This document shows positions 9,943-18,945 of a DNA stretch of 64,000 nucleotides, one piece after another. Origin of the DNA: a virus. Where the stretch lies: the IMG/VR virus record IMGVR_UViG_3300042451_000817, positions 5,911-69,910 of that record; one strand, 5' to 3'. Position 1 is the stretch's first letter. Every line of letters starts with the position of its first letter. Position numbers and translations under genes: made by a program. The notes under the pieces were generated by a model. That model worked only from the letters and a program-made list of their open reading frames with translations, had not been told where the DNA came from and made no database searches.

Positions 9943-9943
9943 T

Positions 9944-10132
9944 TTAATTTGATAAAATATATGTTAAAAAATAGGATGTTGATAATCCTATTAAAAGTAG
10001 TTCCTTACTACTAATAACCATTTTTTGTGGCGGATTTTGTAATAAGGAACTAATAAATTTAAAAACCGTTCTCAAAATAATCAACGTTGAGAATATAAAT
10101 ACGAATAAAAATATTACGTTATAATTTATCAT
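9944..10132 (-). CDS. Small two-TM membrane protein
   Basis: Two hydrophobic segments, 62 aa. Confidence 0.65.
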   Translation of the reverse strand: MINYNVIFLFVFIFSTLIILRTVFKFISSLLQNPPQKMVISSKELLLIGLSTSYFLTYILSN

Positions 10133-10309
10133 TTATTTTTCGGTTTTTCTATGTTCCAAAATTTCTTTTCTAAGTCCTTGTAATAAGTCTTTTAAATCTT
10201 GGCAAGTTTTTCTTGCTCTAGTTCCAGCACTTTTATTACCATTAAAAAATTTTGTAGCATCAACAGATAATTCTTCTGTTAAGGTTTTGATTTTTTCTAG
10301 TGTTTCCAT
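10133..10309 (-). CDS. Histone H1-like protein (Hc1 family), not in ORF track
   Basis: 58 aa METLEKIKTLTEELSVDATKFFNGNKSAGTRARKTCQDLKDLLQGLRKEILEHRKTEK; GNKSAGTRARK signature. Confidence 0.85.
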   Translation of the reverse strand: METLEKIKTLTEELSVDATKFFNGNKSAGTRARKTCQDLKDLLQGLRKEILEHRKTEK

Positions 10310-10367
10310 TTTAAATTAATCTTAGTTTATTTATGTATTAATAATATAACATCTATTTTTTTTAATG

Positions 10368-10838
10368 TCAATATTTACCCATATTTTTATCCAAACATTT
10401 ATAAATCGCTAGTATCATATCAAGATCAGATTTAGTAAAAGGTTTGTTTAAGTCAAATAAATCATTAAAAAAGTTTCCTACAGATTTTTTAATTAAATCA
10501 TCTTTTTGTTTGTAAAAAACATCATCAAAAAATGTTTTGAAGTACTCATAGTGATCACCTTTTCTTGTGAACTTTATTTTCTCCTTCTTAAAATTATCTA
10601 AAACTTTGTCCCAACACCAATCAAAATGTTTTTCATTATCTTCATCAGACAATGATATTTTAGTCTCATTCGATTTTAACTCCTCACCTAAATAAGTGTC
10701 AACAATTGTTATATTTAAAGAATGCGAAAAATCTGAAAAAAGTTCTAATTTTTCAGGTATGATGTTATTTACCCTAAACCAAACATCAACATCATCAGGA
10801 TTTAATGGTTTTGTTACGTAATTAAAAAAATTCTCCAT
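10368..10838 (-). CDS. Hypothetical protein
   Basis: 156 aa ORF. Confidence 0.75.
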   Translation of the reverse strand: MENFFNYVTKPLNPDDVDVWFRVNNIIPEKLELFSDFSHSLNITIVDTYLGEELKSNETKISLSDEDNEKHFDWCWDKVLDNFKKEKIKFTRKGDHYEYFKTFFDDVFYKQKDDLIKKSVGNFFNDLFDLNKPFTKSDLDMILAIYKCLDKNMGKY

Positions 10839-10858
10839 AAGAGTTGTCTTATGGAGAA
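10824..10858 (-). terminator. Terminator-like hairpin overlapping the start codon at 10838
   Basis: TTCTCCATAAGA-GTTG-TCTTATGGAGAA followed by a U-tract on the minus strand. Confidence 0.7.
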
Positions 10859-10886
10859 AATATAAAGTAGTTTTTAGAAATGTATA

Positions 10887-12551
10887 TTATTGAGTCTTTC
10901 TGTCGTATGAAATTAATCCTTTCATTCTTTCAAACTCTTCGTTTAAAATCTTTTCTTGTTTTGTTATAGATTCAACTTTAATATCCAATCCTTTTCCTGA
11001 ACTATCCCCAGCGCCATCTGTAATTGGTTGTTTTGATTTTCTATAAGCGGCTTGTTTAATTTTAGCCAATTTATTTTCTTTACGTTTTTTATTAATTTTT
11101 TCATTAACTTCAGTTTCTTCGGCGTTTGCCCATTTAGGGTTATTTCCGGTTTTAGATGAACCTTCAATGGTGTCCTTCATCCATTCTTCTTCGGGTTGGA
11201 TTTCATCATAACTTAAATTTTCCATACCGGGTCTCATATAGGTATCAATAAATTCTTTTCCGTCATTAGACATATTGTATTTTTTAGAATTCATTTTCGC
11301 TAATTGACCATTTCCTTTTGGGAATTGTTTTGGATTTTCTTGAAAATCCCCTTTAGATCCGTCTTTTAAATAATCTTTCATTTTTTTAGACACGGATTTA
11401 ATATAGTCTTCATTTTCTTTTCCAGACCCTTTATGGGCTTTGTTATAGACTTCAAGACCTTTAACTTTACCCATTGATTTTAATTTCTTATCTTCTAAAA
11501 CAATATTCTCAATTAAATCTATAATTTCTTCTTCAGTTAATTGAATGGATTCTTTAACGTATTTTTTACCTTCTTTAGTTTCAGTTTTTTTATGTCTCAT
11601 AGATCTTAACATTTTAAAATCTTCTGAGTCTATTTTATTATTTTTGTTTCTATCAAGTTTTCTTTGACCTCCATGCAGTTTTTCTGTCATCTCACCAAAC
11701 TTTTTACGATTAGCATAACTTGAGCAAGATGGTCTATCGTTAAGTTCCTCTGGAGATAATTTTTCACACATATCTCTTTGCGCGGATTCATCTTTAAATG
11801 AATGTCCTTTATGTCCTTCTACATAATCAAATTCATTTTCTATATCATCGACCTCAATTTCATAAAGATTTTCATTCATTTTATAACCACACTCAGTGCA
11901 TTCACTTTCCATTATTCCTTTAGCTCCACACATTTCACAAGTTTCACCTTCACCTTCAGTAAACTCATCTTGTAAATCATCCCCTTGCTCCTCTTCTTTA
12001 TTTTTTCTTTTTAACGCTTTAAGAAGTGCGTCCATCATTTCGTCACCAACATATTTTTCAGGAGTAATTCCTGATCTTTTATGGGTAATATCGCTGTAAT
12101 CTACTTTACCTAATGGTATGTTACGTTTAAATTCTCTACTATCATAATCTTTACCCATTCTAAAATCTTTCATTGATTCATCGTCAAAACCTTCTTCCAG
12201 TTTTTCCTCATACTCATCCTCTTCTTCATAATCTTCATCCCCTCTATATCCCGAAAACTCATCAGAATCTCCTTCAGTATCACCATATTCAAGTTCAAAT
12301 TCATCATCAGATTCTTCAGCACCTTTTCTTTTTTGAGCTAAAAAAGTTCTTAATTCATCATCATTTAATTTTCCGATAAAATCTAATTGCTCTGGAGTCA
12401 TTTCGCCAAAAATATCGTGTTCATCTTCCATACCACCTAATTCTTGTAGATTTTGAATTTTAGATACTAAATTATCCGCCTTTTCTTCAAGAGTTTCTTT
12501 AAGGATTTTTGATGTTAATTTATCAATTGATTTGTTACTTAATTTTTTCAT
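10887..12551 (-). CDS. Acidic putative head/internal virion protein with EF-hand-like motif
   Basis: Glu/Asp-rich; 'LHGGQRKLDRNKNNKIDSEDFKMLR'; CxxC-x9-CxxC; upstream TATTTAT. Confidence 0.6.
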   Translation of the reverse strand: MKKLSNKSIDKLTSKILKETLEEKADNLVSKIQNLQELGGMEDEHDIFGEMTPEQLDFIGKLNDDELRTFLAQKRKGAEESDDEFELEYGDTEGDSDEFSGYRGDEDYEEEDEYEEKLEEGFDDESMKDFRMGKDYDSREFKRNIPLGKVDYSDITHKRSGITPEKYVGDEMMDALLKALKRKNKEEEQGDDLQDEFTEGEGETCEMCGAKGIMESECTECGYKMNENLYEIEVDDIENEFDYVEGHKGHSFKDESAQRDMCEKLSPEELNDRPSCSSYANRKKFGEMTEKLHGGQRKLDRNKNNKIDSEDFKMLRSMRHKKTETKEGKKYVKESIQLTEEEIIDLIENIVLEDKKLKSMGKVKGLEVYNKAHKGSGKENEDYIKSVSKKMKDYLKDGSKGDFQENPKQFPKGNGQLAKMNSKKYNMSNDGKEFIDTYMRPGMENLSYDEIQPEEEWMKDTIEGSSKTGNNPKWANAEETEVNEKINKKRKENKLAKIKQAAYRKSKQPITDGAGDSSGKGLDIKVESITKQEKILNEEFERMKGLISYDRKTQ

Positions 12552-12576
12552 ATCAGTATTTTTTATTATAAATATC

Positions 12577-13833
12577 TTATTTTTTATAAATGGTTTTATT
12601 TATTTTTGAGATTAGGATTTTCTTTATTAAATTTTCACTAATTTGTTTTTCTTTACTTATCTTTGAAATGACTTCTTTAAGTTTTTCATTTTCAAAAATT
12701 TTAAGAGCCTTTATATCTCCTTGATTACAATAAGGGAATTTTTTACACTTTTCCTTCACTTTAACAAACTTTCCTCCCGGTATTTGTTTTCTATTCTTAA
12801 CATTCTCTTCAACCTCTTCTTTACCTCTATTTAATTCTTTTTGTTTGTCTTTTATTTTATTTTCAATCTTTTCTTTTAATTTTTTTGATATGTACCCATC
12901 AAATTTTTTCTGAAATAATTCCCAAAAATTAATCATAGTTTTAACTTGGGTTAATTTATTTACGCTTTCTATGACATCAATAAGTTTTAAATATTCACTA
13001 TCCCTTAAATTATATATTTCATCTTCTGTCATATCATTCATATCTTTTTTTGTATTTTCAGATACAAATTTCCCTCCCGGTAATAAAGTTTTTTTATGTG
13101 TTTTACCAGATCCCTTTGGGTGGTTTCCTCTCATTTGAACGTCTTCAAATCCGGGAGCATCATACATTCCGACTGAAGAGGACGATGTTACTTCTTTAGT
13201 CTCAATTTTTTTCAATTTAGTATAATAGTTCGGGTCTTCGTATAAATGATCCATAGCAATTTCTTTAGCATTTTGCTTGTTATCGGTATGTTCCATCTCA
13301 ACTTTAATTCCTTTATTAAGTTCTTTTTTAAGGGTATCAATCATATTGTTAATATGATAATAACCCTTTTTATCGTGTTTTTTTGCAATATCTTTAAGAG
13401 TCATTTCATCAGATTTACCTCCCTTTAATTTTTCCTCAGAAACATTTTTTTTCTTCCCTTGACAATGGGCTCTTTGTGAAAAACCTTTTGGGTTATTACA
13501 ATCAATACTATCCTTATATTTTTTAGACCACTTTTCTTCCATTTCTTTCTTAGTTTCTGAAAATAAAGGTTCACTATAACCACCAGCACTTACCGCACCC
13601 ATAGATTCTTTAGATTCTAATTTGTCCGCGGAAAATAATTTTCCAATAGGTAACTTCATTTTTTTATTTTTAATCATTTTTTCTTCTTCAGATAGTCCTT
13701 TAACCATATCACTTGTTGCATTTAATAATTCAACACCAGGATCTGGAGGTAATTCAGTTTTACCAATATTATTAAGTATTTGACCTTTTAAATCGGTCAT
13801 CATATCTTCTTTAGTTTCTTTTTTATTTTTCAT
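12577..13833 (-). CDS. Putative internal head protein (mosaic of short phage motifs)
   Basis: 'KWSKKYKDSIDCNNPKGFSQRAHCQG' and 'GIKVEMEHT...AKEIAMDHL.EDPNYY' (DUF5661-like) motifs. Confidence 0.6.
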   Translation of the reverse strand: MKNKKETKEDMMTDLKGQILNNIGKTELPPDPGVELLNATSDMVKGLSEEEKMIKNKKMKLPIGKLFSADKLESKESMGAVSAGGYSEPLFSETKKEMEEKWSKKYKDSIDCNNPKGFSQRAHCQGKKKNVSEEKLKGGKSDEMTLKDIAKKHDKKGYYHINNMIDTLKKELNKGIKVEMEHTDNKQNAKEIAMDHLYEDPNYYTKLKKIETKEVTSSSSVGMYDAPGFEDVQMRGNHPKGSGKTHKKTLLPGGKFVSENTKKDMNDMTEDEIYNLRDSEYLKLIDVIESVNKLTQVKTMINFWELFQKKFDGYISKKLKEKIENKIKDKQKELNRGKEEVEENVKNRKQIPGGKFVKVKEKCKKFPYCNQGDIKALKIFENEKLKEVISKISKEKQISENLIKKILISKINKTIYKK

Positions 13834-14479
13834 TTTTTAAATTAAAAATTAATTCATTTTTATTAAGTTTTAATATTTCGTTTAATTCTTTAATAGAAAC
13901 ATTAATAATTTCCCCATTAATATTCGACCCAATCCAAACATAACTTATTTTTTTATTTTTTATAAAAATTATTTTGTAAAAAGAGATTGGTATTTTAATT
14001 TTACTTTTACCCAAAAATAATTTTTTATTATTATCATAAATAACCCCTGTAATAATTGTTACATCAGATTTGTATTTAGAAATAGAATCCTCTACCGATC
14101 TTTCTAATCTAGCCCATTTACCTCGATTAAATCCCGCCAATTGGGGCGCTTGATTATAAAAACTGAACGAATGATGATTAACCTTATTATCGTAAGAAGT
14201 GATATGTGATGGAGTTAGATGACCTAAATCATATCCTGAGTATTCATAAGGTTTTTTTGTATATATTCCCTTAAACTCCGAATACCAATTATCATCACGT
14301 TCTGAATCTAATTTTAAAAAATCTGCGAATTTTAATTCTTGTTTACTAATAAATGAATTATTGTCATAATCTAAATACAAATTTAAAACTTCGTTCTTAA
14401 TTTGTGTTTTGGGTTCATTGAAGGTTATTTGACCGAAACCTAAAAAACTTAATAATAGAAATAAAAAGAATATTTTCAT
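13823..14479 (-). CDS. Secreted DNA/RNA non-specific endonuclease (NucA/Serratia type)
   Basis: Signal peptide MKIFFLFLLLSFLGFG|Q; 'GYDLGHL', 'YNQAPQ...FNRGKWARLE', 'IPISFYKI'. Confidence 0.85.
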   Translation of the reverse strand: MKIFFLFLLLSFLGFGQITFNEPKTQIKNEVLNLYLDYDNNSFISKQELKFADFLKLDSERDDNWYSEFKGIYTKKPYEYSGYDLGHLTPSHITSYDNKVNHHSFSFYNQAPQLAGFNRGKWARLERSVEDSISKYKSDVTIITGVIYDNNKKLFLGKSKIKIPISFYKIIFIKNKKISYVWIGSNINGEIINVSIKELNEILKLNKNELIFNLKNEK

Positions 14480-15105
14480 TTTTTAAACTTTATTTTACAT
14501 AGTATTGACCCCTGTATTGTTATTGATTTGGAATTATTAAGTCCCAATGATACTCCATAAACATTATCTTTTTTTGTTTTAATATTTATAGTTGGACCTA
14601 TGAAATTAACTAAGTTAATTTTATCAACTCCCATAGTCCCACCCATATAAAATTCAATTTGTTTTATTGGTTCAACAACTATAGTGTCAAATATTTTAAT
14701 TTTATTAACATTAGATAAAAAAGTCCTACCTTTAATTTTATTTTTTGAGATACTATCTGTTATTGTGATAAATCCTAAACTATCTTTAAGTTTTAAAGTG
14801 TCTTTATAGATTCTTATTGAGTAGTAATCTTTCATAATTAAAGCGGTATCCACTATTTTAGGAGTTTCCACATATATTATTGAGTCTTTATAAATTGTTT
14901 CACCTTTTTTGTAAATCGTTTCTATAACAGGCTCGTAAATAGTGTCTCTAGTATGTTTTAAAATAATGTGTTCTTTACCATCGATTTTTATTGTGTCTTT
15001 TGGTTTTTCTATTAAATCATTATCACACATTCTCAGTAATAGAATAATTAAAACCAATATCACTATTACTAAAAATTTAAAATCTATTTTATTTAGAAAT
15101 TTCAT
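14476..15105 (-). CDS. Membrane-anchored protein, possible spanin
   Basis: N-terminal TM followed by Cys, 'DT' repeats, beta-rich C-terminus; near the amidase. Confidence 0.45.
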   Translation of the reverse strand: MKFLNKIDFKFLVIVILVLIILLLRMCDNDLIEKPKDTIKIDGKEHIILKHTRDTIYEPVIETIYKKGETIYKDSIIYVETPKIVDTALIMKDYYSIRIYKDTLKLKDSLGFITITDSISKNKIKGRTFLSNVNKIKIFDTIVVEPIKQIEFYMGGTMGVDKINLVNFIGPTINIKTKKDNVYGVSLGLNNSKSITIQGSILCKIKFKK

Positions 15106-15728
15106 TATTTTTCTATTTTCGTGGTTTTCTTTCTTGAGGAAATAATTTTAGCCCATTTAGATTTAAATTTTTCAAAATAAGATTTAAGTTTACCAATCAA
15201 CTCTAATAATTTATCATCAATCTTTATCATATCTCCATTTAAATATAAACCATTTTCCTCACCGATAGAAATTATAAAATCAACATCAAAGTCAATTATT
15301 TTACCTGACCATTCAACATTATTGTTATAAACATTTAATTTATTGAATTCCGCCAAATCAGAAACTTCATTTACAAATTCGTCCATAGTCTCTTGGAACG
15401 CAATTTTTTCATCGGTAGTTAGTTCTAAATCTGTTTGTTCTTTTCCGTGTAAAACTAAAATACCTCCAGATATTCTATATCCTTGTTTTTTATCTTCAGC
15501 GGTTTTAGTATCGTCTTCGATTTCATCTTCAACCGCTTTAGCAGTGTTTATTCTTTTTAATACGTCAGGTTCAGCTAAATCAACCCCATCATCTTTGATA
15601 TCATTATCTTCAGTAATTAAATTATATTTTTTCTTAATATCATAAGATTCTTTAACAGAATTTTTACTTGAAAGCATAGTTCTTGAAGCCTTCAATAACT
15701 TTTTAATTTCATCGTGAGTATTATTCAT
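15105..15728 (-). CDS. Hypothetical protein
   Basis: 207 aa ORF. Confidence 0.75.
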   Translation of the reverse strand: MNNTHDEIKKLLKASRTMLSSKNSVKESYDIKKKYNLITEDNDIKDDGVDLAEPDVLKRINTAKAVEDEIEDDTKTAEDKKQGYRISGGILVLHGKEQTDLELTTDEKIAFQETMDEFVNEVSDLAEFNKLNVYNNNVEWSGKIIDFDVDFIISIGEENGLYLNGDMIKIDDKLLELIGKLKSYFEKFKSKWAKIISSRKKTTKIEK

Positions 15729-16314
15729 TTTCTATTTTTTTTATAAATTCTTCAAAATTAAAGGCCGGACTTAAATCTGTGAAATTAGAATCATAATTAC
15801 TTCTTGTTGTCACACCTTGAAATTTTTCAATACCATTTATTTTAGTGTTATGACCTATAACTTCTTTTTTAATTAACATCTCCTTAAACAATTTATTACA
15901 CAAAAATACCGTTGAGTTTATTTGTGATGTTGTGTACGGTTGCCAATAAAAATAATCTCTCCATTTTTTATCATAAACCTCTCCATTATAAATATCACCA
16001 TTCCAGTTAACATAATAATCTTTTAGTGGTTCTTTTTGAACCCACCCCAAATTTTCAAGTACAACTATAATAGAATTCCTATTTATTTTTTCTTCAGTAA
16101 AAAAATTAGTATGCTCAATATCTTTAAGTAGATTAAAGATTTCTCCTCGTCTAGATATTACATAATTTGGTATTCTATTAAATTTACTATTAAATCTAAA
16201 CTTTAAAGAATTTAAATATTCTTCAATAGGTCTTGATGAGTGACATAAAATTATTTGATGTTTTTTCTTCTGTTTACCTAAAGGTTTAAAATTCCCATAT
16301 TTTAAAATTTCCAT
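15721..16314 (-). CDS. N-acetylmuramoyl-L-alanine amidase-like protein (Amidase_2 fold)
   Basis: 'QIILCHS', 'NYVISRRGEI', 'NRNSIIVVLEN', 'YTTSQINS', 'TDLSPAF'. Confidence 0.7.
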   Translation of the reverse strand: MEILKYGNFKPLGKQKKKHQIILCHSSRPIEEYLNSLKFRFNSKFNRIPNYVISRRGEIFNLLKDIEHTNFFTEEKINRNSIIVVLENLGWVQKEPLKDYYVNWNGDIYNGEVYDKKWRDYFYWQPYTTSQINSTVFLCNKLFKEMLIKKEVIGHNTKINGIEKFQGVTTRSNYDSNFTDLSPAFNFEEFIKKIENE

Positions 16315-16333
16315 AAAAAAATAATTAAGGAAT

Positions 16334-17173
16334 TTATTGGTCTTTAGTGTAAGTTAAAACTCTTTTATTATCTATTGTTTTTGTTGTAATTTCATCATTA
16401 AGAATATCACCAACTTCTTTTATCTGAGTTTCGTTAAAATTTATTTGTTCGTCACTTACTATTGGATTATTATTAACTTTCGTATCTATCTTTATTTCAT
16501 TTTTTTCAATTGTTTTTATTTCATTGTATGTCTCTAATATAGAATCTGAGAAAATTACATTATTTTCAATATTTTGATTATTGTTATCGATTTCGACTTC
16601 AGATAAATCATTATTAATAAACTCCTTTTCGTTAGGGATAAATTCTTTTTTTATTTTATTAGGAACTATAATCTTTTCTTTGTTTTCGGAAAGATTTTCT
16701 AACTCATTATTAGGGTTCTCATATTTTATAAAAAAATGTAGGGATGTTAATGAAATTATTGGTAATAAACCTCCACCTAAAAACGCTAACCACCTCTTGT
16801 GCACGACAACATCATTTATATCAGAACCTAGCATTTCCCAAAGAGGCCCTGTCAACTCCATCCAGGATTTAAATAAATCTCCTGTAGCATCTATTTCTTT
16901 ATAAGAGAAAAATATATTACCTATCATTTGTATGAAAGTGACCAAACCAAACATAACCCACACACCTCCTTTAATTTTATTGGTTGCTGCGACTAAAGCG
17001 GTCATCGCACCTATTTCTATCGCTATTGACAGATATATCGCCCAATTATAAGGGTTCATAATATCATACCAAGAGACTACGTGAGATATTGATATAATCG
17101 CAACAAGAATAATAGGGATTATAAACATAGCCCTATTGGGGTTATTTTTAATCCATTCCCATACTTTTTTCAT
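16334..17173 (-). CDS. Multi-pass membrane protein, possible holin
   Basis: About four TM helices followed by an acidic tail; adjacent to the amidase. Confidence 0.55.
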   Translation of the reverse strand: MKKVWEWIKNNPNRAMFIIPIILVAIISISHVVSWYDIMNPYNWAIYLSIAIEIGAMTALVAATNKIKGGVWVMFGLVTFIQMIGNIFFSYKEIDATGDLFKSWMELTGPLWEMLGSDINDVVVHKRWLAFLGGGLLPIISLTSLHFFIKYENPNNELENLSENKEKIIVPNKIKKEFIPNEKEFINNDLSEVEIDNNNQNIENNVIFSDSILETYNEIKTIEKNEIKIDTKVNNNPIVSDEQINFNETQIKEVGDILNDEITTKTIDNKRVLTYTKDQ

Positions 17174-17481
17174 TTTTGGAGATTTTCAATTTCTTTATCT
17201 ATCTCAGATTGTCGGTTAACATCTAAAATTTTTCTATCAGTAGACTGAATCATTCTTTTTTCAGATTTTAAACCTTCAATTTTAATTTCAGTTCTAATTT
17301 CTTTTTTTAAATTATCAATAACATTATATATCGAGTCTGACTCTTTAATCGTATTATCAACCTTCTTACCAACAGATTCTATTTTAGAATTGGTATTACA
17401 GGTTTTTAAAAAAACTATTAAACTCAACGGAAAAATTATTCTAAATCCCCACACATCTATAAATGACAATATTTTTTTCAT
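17170..17481 (-). CDS. Membrane-anchored coiled-coil protein, possible spanin
   Basis: Probable start MKKILSF at 17481 (the 17517 ATG lies in a hairpin); TM, then Cys, then coiled coil. Confidence 0.5.
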   Translation of the reverse strand: MKKILSFIDVWGFRIIFPLSLIVFLKTCNTNSKIESVGKKVDNTIKESDSIYNVIDNLKKEIRTEIKIEGLKSEKRMIQSTDRKILDVNRQSEIDKEIENLQK

Positions 17482-17497
17482 ATTCTTTTTTTTTAAA

Positions 17498-17538
17498 AAT
17501 AAAAAACCTTCTACCATAATAAATAGAAGGTTTTTTAT
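17498..17538 (-). terminator. Terminator after the sigma gene, containing a TATTTAT motif
   Basis: AAAAAACCTTCTA...TAGAAGGTTTTTT inverted repeat. Confidence 0.7.
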
Positions 17539-17556
17539 TTTTTGTGTTAGTATATT

Positions 17557-18357
17557 TTACATATAATCAAATAAAACAGAACTTTCGTTTCTTAATTTTC
17601 TAAGTGCCTTCGCTTTAATTTGTCTAACCCTCTCTTTAGTTAAATTAAAGTCTTCTCCAATATCCTCCAATGTTCTAGGTGTTCCTGATATCCCAAAGTA
17701 ATCTTCGACAATAACTCTTTCTCTTTCATCTAAAGATCCTAACAACCCCATCAATTTTGTTTTTAATATGTCTTTAGTGTTGAATGATTCATCGGGCATA
17801 TCCGCATTATCATTTTTAACAATATCAAATAAAGTATCGCCCTCTTCATTAATTGTTCCATCAAGATTAATTATTGATGGTAATCCCGCAAATCTATCAT
17901 CCAATCTACCATCAGTATGTTCTATCTCTTTTTTAGCTCTGTGTAAATCCTGAACAACATTAACCGGTAAACGAATGGTTCTTGCGTTGTCGTTCAATGA
18001 TTGTAATATTGATTGTTTAACCCACCAAACCGCGTAAGAAATAAATCTTAAATTTTTAGACCAATCAAAGTTTTTTATCGCCTTTAAAAGGCCTATGTTA
18101 CCTTCAGCAATAAGGTCTGGAAAATCTAAACCTTGATTTTGGTATTGTTTAGCCACGGTGATAACAAACCTTAAATTACCTACTAATAACTCTTGTTCTA
18201 TTTTACTTTTCTGTTCTTCAGTAATTTCACTTGACATCATCATTTTGGATAATTCCTTTTCTCTTTCAGGTGTCATTACCTTTATTTTACGAATATCTTT
18301 TAAGTAATGTTGAATTTCTTCTTGATTGATTGGCATTCCTGTGTTTTTCTCTTTCAT
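17557..18357 (-). CDS. RNA polymerase sigma70 factor, RpoD-like, Bacteroidota type
   Basis: 'NLRFVITVAKQYQNQG', 'FISYAVWWVKQSILQSL', 'RTIRLP', region 4 'TLEDIGEDFNLTKERVRQIKAKALRKLR'. Confidence 0.95.
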   Translation of the reverse strand: MKEKNTGMPINQEEIQHYLKDIRKIKVMTPEREKELSKMMMSSEITEEQKSKIEQELLVGNLRFVITVAKQYQNQGLDFPDLIAEGNIGLLKAIKNFDWSKNLRFISYAVWWVKQSILQSLNDNARTIRLPVNVVQDLHRAKKEIEHTDGRLDDRFAGLPSIINLDGTINEEGDTLFDIVKNDNADMPDESFNTKDILKTKLMGLLGSLDERERVIVEDYFGISGTPRTLEDIGEDFNLTKERVRQIKAKALRKLRNESSVLFDYM

Positions 18358-18358
18358 A

Positions 18359-18895
18359 TTATTTTGAGTATTTGGTTAAAAGTTCTTTTTCTTTTTTGGT
18401 TAATGAGTTGATCCCTTCTGAGCTTATTTTATCTAACAAATCATTTAGTGTGGGTTCTTTTGTTTTTTTCTTCATTTTCATAATATCATCATCTTCGTCT
18501 TCCAATTCCTCACAAAATAATTTAAACTTCTCGTCATTGAACTCCCTTAATAAGAGATTGTCAATTTCGTCTTTTTCTTCATTGGTCATTTTATATGTAA
18601 AATCTTCAGATTCAAATAAATGTTTTTTAACTTCGTCAGTCAAATAATAATCAGTTTTATCTTTATCTAATTCAGATAAAAAATAAACAACATTACCGAG
18701 GCCTAACATCACTCTAAAAAAATCTTTAACTGAGTCAAATGATTCGCTACTTTTAAAGACATATATTGCCGATTCAGGACCGAAATAAAATTTAACATCC
18801 GATAAATCAGAGACCGCCGATATCTCTTCTGCAATTGATTTTACCAATTTTTCTTGTTCCTCGTGTGCCGCGAAAACGAATAAGATATATTCCAT
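18359..18895 (-). CDS. Hypothetical protein with DUF6576-like C-terminus
   Basis: 'LNDLLDKISSEGINSLTKKEKELL'. Confidence 0.65.
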   Translation of the reverse strand: MEYILFVFAAHEEQEKLVKSIAEEISAVSDLSDVKFYFGPESAIYVFKSSESFDSVKDFFRVMLGLGNVVYFLSELDKDKTDYYLTDEVKKHLFESEDFTYKMTNEEKDEIDNLLLREFNDEKFKLFCEELEDEDDDIMKMKKKTKEPTLNDLLDKISSEGINSLTKKEKELLTKYSK

Positions 18896-18913
18896 ATTTT
18901 TCTATTTATAATA

Positions 18914-18945
18914 CAAAGATACAAAATTTTTATTGATCCACCAAA
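18914..18945 (-). promoter_or_regulatory. Bacteroidota-type promoter driving the sigma operon
   Basis: TTTG-N20-TATCTTTG on the minus strand. Confidence 0.75.
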
